From IMG/VR virus record IMGVR_UViG_3300028840_006907, positions 320,001 to 384,000 of that record: DNA of 64,000 nt; one strand, 5' to 3'. Each line of letters opens with the position of its first letter. The stretch's first letter is position 1. Under the pieces are notes generated by a model. That model did not search any database, had not been told where the DNA came from, and saw nothing but the letters and a program-made list of their open reading frames with translations. The stretch is from a virus. The position numbers and the translations under genes are program-made. Positions 58,234-64,000 of this stretch are shown here, in pieces.

Positions 58234-59579
58234 TGTATCAACGCTTGATGTATGCAATAAAAAGACGGATTTTGGATGAGAGTGAAGATGCATTCAAAGA
58301 ACATCCTGCTTTTTCTGAAAAAGTAAGAGTTTACAATAAATTTCCCTATGATGAACGGGTTCAATTTGGGATAATTCTCCGAAATGCTTCTTCTTCATTG
58401 ATACGTCTTTCTGCTGATAATTTTATGTCAGATCTTTATTCTCATGTCAAAATAGCTAAACAAGGAACTCATCCTGGAATAGCTATTGAATGGGTGAGAG
58501 AGAATGAAGGAAATATTACTGAATATGTTGAGGAGGATGTTTCTTCTCAGTTAGATCCGACTAGAAGGATATTTACAACGAATTATCCTATTACTGCCGG
58601 ACCAAATAATACTGATTATGCTACTAGTCCGGGACAGGTCAGAGTGACTCTAGATGGTACTAAGGTGATGCCTCAATTTGTTTATGGTGAAGATAGCGAG
58701 GTATGGTTAACACAGGCTCCGAATGCTGGGACGGTTGCGAAGATATGGTATAATCGTCGTGCTATTGTACCACCTAGTATTCATATTGTTGAATTTACTG
58801 AGGATAATCAGTTTATAGTAGGTATGATTTATGTGATTGATAATGAACTTTTGATAGAAGAAACGACTGGGCTTGAGACTACGGTTAATTTGGTTAATAG
58901 TAATGTTGATACTAATTCTGAAGAAATTTGGTTGACCTATAAAAATGGTACAAAAATAGTGGCTTTGGAAAATGGTGTTGATTACAGTATTAATTATGCT
59001 ACTGGATTGATTACTTTTCTTCAACCATTACAAAGCAATTATAGTATTTACGCTGATTATCGTTATCAGCCTCCTGGAAATGTTACAGGTCCTTATGTAT
59101 TTACTGAGTATCAAGAAAATCATGAGGCAATTCCAGGAGTAGTCCTCTCAATTGGTCGTCGGGCTAAGAAGGGTGATAAGCAGGCTGTTATTGTTTCTCA
59201 ATCGAATGAACTGCAGGCTAAAATTTATGGTGGTCATTGGGAAATTTCATTGGATTTAGCGGTGATTGCTAAAGATCCGATGCAGATGGAACAAATGACT
59301 GATCATATTATCTCTTATTTGTGGGGTGAGAGAAAAAATAGGTTGGAGTATGAGGGAATCGCTTTAAATTCAGTAGAGCCTACTGGAGAGACAGAGGAGA
59401 CTCATGTAGAATCAACTGGTGATCTTTATTACGAATCGGGTGTTTCCATAAATCTTCAATCTGAATGGCAGAGATTTGTGCCATATAATCCGATTTATCG
59501 ATTAAGAGATATTAACATGATAGCTGATTTAAGACCAGTCATAAAGGGTCCGATCATCAATTTCGAGAGGTTAACTTGA
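58233..59579 (+). CDS. hypothetical protein (possible structural protein)
   Basis: 448 aa; start overlaps upstream stop (TAATG); Ig-like segment GQVRVTLDGTKVMPQFVYGEDSEVWLTQ resembles repeats in 60157-62958. Confidence 0.45.
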   Translation: MYQRLMYAIKRRILDESEDAFKEHPAFSEKVRVYNKFPYDERVQFGIILRNASSSLIRLSADNFMSDLYSHVKIAKQGTHPGIAIEWVRENEGNITEYVEEDVSSQLDPTRRIFTTNYPITAGPNNTDYATSPGQVRVTLDGTKVMPQFVYGEDSEVWLTQAPNAGTVAKIWYNRRAIVPPSIHIVEFTEDNQFIVGMIYVIDNELLIEETTGLETTVNLVNSNVDTNSEEIWLTYKNGTKIVALENGVDYSINYATGLITFLQPLQSNYSIYADYRYQPPGNVTGPYVFTEYQENHEAIPGVVLSIGRRAKKGDKQAVIVSQSNELQAKIYGGHWEISLDLAVIAKDPMQMEQMTDHIISYLWGERKNRLEYEGIALNSVEPTGETEETHVESTGDLYYESGVSINLQSEWQRFVPYNPIYRLRDINMIADLRPVIKGPIINFERLT

Positions 59580-59624
59580 TTTAATTATCTTTTAATAATT
59601 GATACATATTGTTAGGAGTTTATA

Positions 59625-60044
59625 ATGCCTCTTTATGAATATAAGTGTAAAAAATGTGAATTTGAATTTGAAGAACTCATCCTGAATAAGGAAGGTAGTC
59701 TTTTAATAAAATGTAGGAGATGTGGAGCTGAAGCTGAAAGAAAGATGAGTTCATTTTCATCAGTAGTTCAGGGAAGTTCCAATGAATCGGTTGATGTTAA
59801 AATCGGTCGGGAGGCAGATAAAAGATGGGAATTATACCATAATCGCCAGGAAAAGAGGCGTGCTGGTAAAGAGTTAAAAGAAGTAAAGTTATCAAAAAAA
59901 GGTGGTCAGTATAGACCTGTGATGGCTTTAGGAAGTGAAAAGACAATTGAAAATAGAAATAAGTATTCTGAGTCCCTGCAACAACATAGGCAGGATAGAG
60001 AAAAACGTGGTCAGTCTCAATTTAGTGAAACTGGCTCATTTTAA
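59625..60044 (+). CDS. FmdB-family zinc-ribbon protein
   Basis: N-terminus MPLYEYKCKKCEFEFE...CRRCG; second FmdB-type gene in the window. Confidence 0.6.
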   Translation: MPLYEYKCKKCEFEFEELILNKEGSLLIKCRRCGAEAERKMSSFSSVVQGSSNESVDVKIGREADKRWELYHNRQEKRRAGKELKEVKLSKKGGQYRPVMALGSEKTIENRNKYSESLQQHRQDREKRGQSQFSETGSF

Positions 60045-60156
60045 CCTCTTAAATAATAAATAATATATCAAATAAAATTTTATTAAATCCAAATAAGATA
60101 AGAGATAAAAAAATTTAATTAAAATTGTAAAAACAAAAATATGTAGGAGGTTAACT

Positions 60157-62958
60157 ATGGGACTTGGCCCTTTTGATTCGTTTTCGTTTCCTGATGTGTA
60201 TACGAAAACATTGAATGAAGCGCCTACCGTAACTGCGTCTGGAGATATCCGCATTCCTGCTTTTATTGGAGTAGCTGATGAAAATGTTCCTGTTAATAAC
60301 TATGAAATGATTCGCGGTTCAAGTGCATTGGCCGATAATAAAATAGTTAGGGAAAATGTTTCCAGTCAGGTAACAGGTAGTAACCGTAATTTTAGAGTCT
60401 CTTACTATCCTATTGTAAAAGGGGATGGTAATGGTACCACTACGACAGATCCAAACGATGTAACGGTTGAGGTTGATGGAGAAGCAGTTGCAGTCTCATC
60501 AGTTGACGGAGAGAATGGTTGGATTTATCTAGTAGGTATCCCACCAACAGGAAGTACAGTGCTTATCACTTATTATTTCAAACGTAATGATACATTACAT
60601 ACATTGGAAGATCTCAGTGATCAGGTTGATGGTACACGTACTGTTTTTCAAACACATTATACTCCGATTGTAACAGGTGATGGTAGTGGTACAACTACAA
60701 CAACTACTTCTCATGTTACAGTTTTAGTAAACAATTCAGCGGTTACTGTTTCTGCAGTGGATGGAGATTCAGGTCAAATTACTCTAGCTTCTGCACCATC
60801 GGTTGGTCAGACAGTGAAAGTAACTTATTATTCTAATGAATGGCAAGATACGGCAGATATCTTACCTTCACCTTATGTTACAGAAGTAACACAGGTAGGT
60901 TATAGCCCAGGTACATCTGATTTTATTGATGAGACAGACTATGTTCTTGATACAACAGGGAATTTTAGTACAATAAACTGGGGCCATTCAGTAAAAGTTA
61001 GTGCCGGTACAACAACAACAGGTGGTGAAGCTTTTGATGATACACAAATCACTACTACTCTGTTTGATAATCGGACATTTCGTAGAGCTATGACAGGTAC
61101 TGTTGATGGTACTAATGCAAATTTTGTGATGGAAGCTACTCCGAAGAGTGGTGAAGGTCGTGGTATTGATACTGATGATCCCGATCTTGTTACAGCTTAT
61201 TATGGTACTAATCCAACAGATGCTACAGTTATAGATGTAATTCAATTAACAGCTTCTTCAAGAACGGCTGTTTTGGCATCTGCTCCTCCAGCAGGAAATA
61301 ATGTCTATATCACTCAATATAGCAATTTACTTCCTGATGATACTTGGACTTTAACTGATAAGACTTCCGGTGCTACAGGTATTGGAGTTTATGATGTTGA
61401 GGGTACTAATGCTGGTACGGCTATGGACGTTCAGTGGTCAACAACTGATACAACAGTTGCTGATCCAGATTTCTCTTCTGAGAATGTGACTTATCCGAAT
61501 GGTACCGGTGCAGGTAACAGTGATGCTCAAGTGTCGCCTGGATTTGCTGTTCAAGAAACGGTATCTTTAACTTTTGCCGATGCTACCACTTATACTGTAA
61601 GTTCAGACCAGACAAGTACTGGTTCTGGTTCAGGTGGCGATAATACAGGATATTTAAATCAAACTTACATTGACAGTGTAACGGGTTTCCGTATTACTGT
61701 TAATGAGGGTACATTAGTTATATATCAGGCGGGTGATAAATTAGGTTATACTGTTAATCCTGATTTTGTCACTTCTACGACACCAACAAGAGCAATACCA
61801 GGTGTTCGTGTAAGAGTATCTAATACTACTGATGTAGTGGTAGGAGATACAGGTTTAGTAAAAACGTATAATTTATCAGGACAAGAACCGAATGTTGGAG
61901 ATTTCTATTATGTCTCTTTTACTGAAGCTGTACAATTTGATTCTGATGGTATTCTCATAGGTGGAGCTAAATTATACAGTCAGGAGAAAAATGTAATAGC
62001 TGATACAGGTCCTTTATCTATAACAAATAATCTTGGAATGGCCGCTCATCTTGCTTTTTTGAACGGTTCAAGTTTAATTGCCTTACTACAGATAGAGAAG
62101 ACATCCGGTGCTGATGATGCCCCTGATTCAAGGTATATTGCGGGTATTGATTATTTCAATGAGCCCATGGAAGGTGGTACAAGACCAGCTCTTATGCAAC
62201 CAGTAACAACTTCATCTGCGGTTATCAATTATTTGAGAACTTCAAATACCATTCAATCTGGTATACGTTATGCGAATGAACGTTTCTCTTATTTTGGTTT
62301 CCCGACAAATACGTTACCAACGAGTGCTCAGACTTTTGCTCGATCAATGAATAATGAGTTGATGGTAGCTGTTTATCCTGATGGTGCTGTGACAACTATC
62401 ACGGATGAATTAGGTAATGAGACTGAATATTTGGTAGATGGAGCTTATATGGCAGCAGCGATTGCTGGAAGAGATACTTCACCTGCTTTCGATGTAGCAG
62501 AACCATTGACAAGAAAACCTATTGTAGGATTCCGTCGTTTATTCCGTAGAATGGATTCGGTAACTGCTGCACAAACGGCAAATGCTGGTATAACTCTTCT
62601 TGAAGAGTTAGCTGCAGGTATTGAGGTTAGATTTGCTTTGACAACTGATATATCATCGGTATTAACGAGAACTCCTTCAGTTATTAGAATAAAGCAATTT
62701 GTTCAGAGAGGGGCTCGTTCGGTATTACAGCCTTATATTGGTTCCAAGCTATTAGTTCAACGTAGAGCAGAAATAGAGCAGACTCTTAAGTCTTATCTAG
62801 CTGCCTTACAGCAAGCTAATATTATTACTGGTTGGACAGGTGTAAAGGCTGAACTGGATCCGAATGATCCGACGATTATTAATGTGGAAGCTTTTTATAG
62901 CCCAGTATTTCCGTTGTTATGGATTGTGATTACTTTTAATCTTCGTTCTAATATATAA
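60157..62958 (+). CDS. large structural protein with two tandem Ig-like insert domains; weak resemblance to phage tail sheath C-terminal region
   Basis: 933 aa; AGGAGG RBS; two ~70-aa repeats (VSYYPIVKGDGNGTTTTDPNDVTVEVDG..., YTPIVTGDGSGTTTTTTSHVTVLVNN...). The sheath resemblance is recalled by eye and is low confidence. Confidence 0.5.
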   Translation: MGLGPFDSFSFPDVYTKTLNEAPTVTASGDIRIPAFIGVADENVPVNNYEMIRGSSALADNKIVRENVSSQVTGSNRNFRVSYYPIVKGDGNGTTTTDPNDVTVEVDGEAVAVSSVDGENGWIYLVGIPPTGSTVLITYYFKRNDTLHTLEDLSDQVDGTRTVFQTHYTPIVTGDGSGTTTTTTSHVTVLVNNSAVTVSAVDGDSGQITLASAPSVGQTVKVTYYSNEWQDTADILPSPYVTEVTQVGYSPGTSDFIDETDYVLDTTGNFSTINWGHSVKVSAGTTTTGGEAFDDTQITTTLFDNRTFRRAMTGTVDGTNANFVMEATPKSGEGRGIDTDDPDLVTAYYGTNPTDATVIDVIQLTASSRTAVLASAPPAGNNVYITQYSNLLPDDTWTLTDKTSGATGIGVYDVEGTNAGTAMDVQWSTTDTTVADPDFSSENVTYPNGTGAGNSDAQVSPGFAVQETVSLTFADATTYTVSSDQTSTGSGSGGDNTGYLNQTYIDSVTGFRITVNEGTLVIYQAGDKLGYTVNPDFVTSTTPTRAIPGVRVRVSNTTDVVVGDTGLVKTYNLSGQEPNVGDFYYVSFTEAVQFDSDGILIGGAKLYSQEKNVIADTGPLSITNNLGMAAHLAFLNGSSLIALLQIEKTSGADDAPDSRYIAGIDYFNEPMEGGTRPALMQPVTTSSAVINYLRTSNTIQSGIRYANERFSYFGFPTNTLPTSAQTFARSMNNELMVAVYPDGAVTTITDELGNETEYLVDGAYMAAAIAGRDTSPAFDVAEPLTRKPIVGFRRLFRRMDSVTAAQTANAGITLLEELAAGIEVRFALTTDISSVLTRTPSVIRIKQFVQRGARSVLQPYIGSKLLVQRRAEIEQTLKSYLAALQQANIITGWTGVKAELDPNDPTIINVEAFYSPVFPLLWIVITFNLRSNI

Positions 62959-63016
62959 GGGTTTAACGAGGTATTAGGGGACTTTTCGGAGTCCCCCTTA
63001 AACAGGAAATAATCAA

Positions 63017-64000
63017 ATGAATATACAAGAAATGAAAACTAAAGTTGCAAATAACATTTTGGAGTTTTTAATTGATCCGACGGTATATCCACCTGAACGT
63101 CATATCTATTTTCGTCCGGAAGAAATCCTAGACAATAGTTTTTATGAAAATGCGAAGGCGGATTCAAATAAAGCCTATGGTGATCAAAGACATAACTCCG
63201 ATTTTTATCCAAACCGACCAATTAGGGAGGCGTCATCGATGGAACGTAAAACTATTATAGCAAGTTTGGATGTGCTCTCTCAAACCTTTAACGAGAGCGA
63301 TCCTATAGCTAAAGATCTCAGAACGATGGCTTATGCCGTTGCGAAAATGAGTGAAGAAGAACTTAAAAATAGACTGGTAGAATCGAAGGAAAAAATGGTT
63401 AAATGCCCCAAGTGTGGTGGTAATGTCATGGAAAAAACCGGTTATTGTTTAGCTTGTAAGAAAAAGATTTCTGAAATGAAAAAAGCTGAAGAAGAAGTAC
63501 CGGTTGAAAAAGAAGCTGGAAAGGTAAAAGGTCCAGGAGTTCCGGATGGGACCGGTCCCATGAAAGATAGTCCAGAGTGCCCATATTCTGAAAAGAAAAA
63601 GGAAGCTGAGATAAAGGATTTTTGGAATAAGGAAGCTACTGATGCTGTGAGAAAATCTCTTATCGCTGAAGTTTCTGATGCTTGTGATGATAAAGAAGAA
63701 AAAGAGGAGAAAGAGGCCAAAGAAGCTCCTGCTGAAGAAAAACCTGAGGAAAAAGAAGTAGAAGCTAAAGAAGCTCCTGCTGAAGAAAAACCTGAGGAAA
63801 AAGAAGTAGAAGCTAAAGAAACTCCTGCTGAAGAGAAACCTGAGGAAGAAGAAAAATCAGCTACAGAGAAAAAAGTAGCTGAAGAAAAACCTGAGGAAAA
63901 AGAGGCTAAAAAAGCTCCTGCTAAAGAGGAAGTAACTGAAGAAGTTGTTGAAGAGGTGGAAAAGAATGCTTCTTCTTGTGGTACTAAAAAAGAAGAAAAA
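63017..64000 (+). CDS. 3'-partial CDS: zinc-ribbon protein with K/E/A/P-rich tandem repeats (runs off window end)
   Basis: ATG at 63017; open frame to position 64000 with no stop (328 codons); CPKCGG...CLAC ribbon; not in ORF track because incomplete. Confidence 0.5.
   Translation, partial: MNIQEMKTKVANNILEFLIDPTVYPPERHIYFRPEEILDNSFYENAKADSNKAYGDQRHNSDFYPNRPIREASSMERKTIIASLDVLSQTFNESDPIAKDLRTMAYAVAKMSEEELKNRLVESKEKMVKCPKCGGNVMEKTGYCLACKKKISEMKKAEEEVPVEKEAGKVKGPGVPDGTGPMKDSPECPYSEKKKEAEIKDFWNKEATDAVRKSLIAEVSDACDDKEEKEEKEAKEAPAEEKPEEKEVEAKEAPAEEKPEEKEVEAKETPAEEKPEEEEKSATEKKVAEEKPEEKEAKKAPAKEEVTEEVVEEVEKNASSCGTKKEEK
63719..63853 (+). repeat. in-frame 48-bp tandem repeat (about 2.8 copies) encoding KEAPAEEKPEEKEVEA
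   Basis: Units at 63719-63766 and 63767-63814 are identical; a third diverged partial copy follows. Confidence 0.75.

Noticed and set aside
62973-62996. Hairpin AGGGGACTTTTCGGAGTCCCC as another member of the CRISPR-like repeat family
   Set aside because: The stem is G-first (GGGGACT/AGTCCCC) and lacks the ATATTC and CTG flanks; more likely a gene-end hairpin after 60157-62958.
1-64000. Alternative genetic code (stop-codon reassignment)
   Set aside because: Standard-code ORFs are long, contiguous and densely packed with proper stops and RBSs, so there is no need to invoke recoding.
1-64000. Numerous short ORFs of 60-100 aa listed antisense or out of frame inside large genes (e.g. 3129-3311, 8504-8743, 10988-11206, 37704-37994, 45003-45197)
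   Set aside because: Each overlaps a longer, better-supported CDS, lacks an RBS and has low-complexity AT-codon-biased translations; treated as chance ORFs.

Overview
AT-rich (~1/3 GC), densely coding window with Shine-Dalgarno-type RBSs and sigma70-like TATAAT boxes, so prokaryotic. No rRNA, tRNA or ribosomal/housekeeping genes were seen. Content looks like a large phage or other extrachromosomal/accessory element, but this is inference. Layout: (i) a minus-strand operon (1-7759) of methyltransferase and glycosyltransferase-like genes; (ii) a long plus-strand block from ~8.0 kb containing zinc-ribbon proteins, a rhodanese-like and a sulfotransferase-like gene, a two-domain ThyX-like thymidylate synthase, an actin-fold ATPase, and very large repeat-rich fibre/adhesin-like proteins (two paralogous glycine-rich fibres, three DUF2341/LamG-type proteins including a 2441-aa beta-helix protein, and a 1305-aa Gly/His-repeat protein). 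Most notable: a GC-rich, CRISPR-like array of 16 palindromic repeats at 19415-20311 whose repeat resembles type I-E repeats, but with degenerate 3' ends, variable spacing and compensatory stem changes, and no cas genes in the window. A second promoter-proximal pair of the same hairpins lies at 56.4 kb behind an identical 15-bp AT-rich motif. Candidate interpretations are a virus-borne orphan mini-array or a repeat-mimic RNA (anti-CRISPR-like decoy). All functional calls are from motif recognition by eye, with no database searches run.
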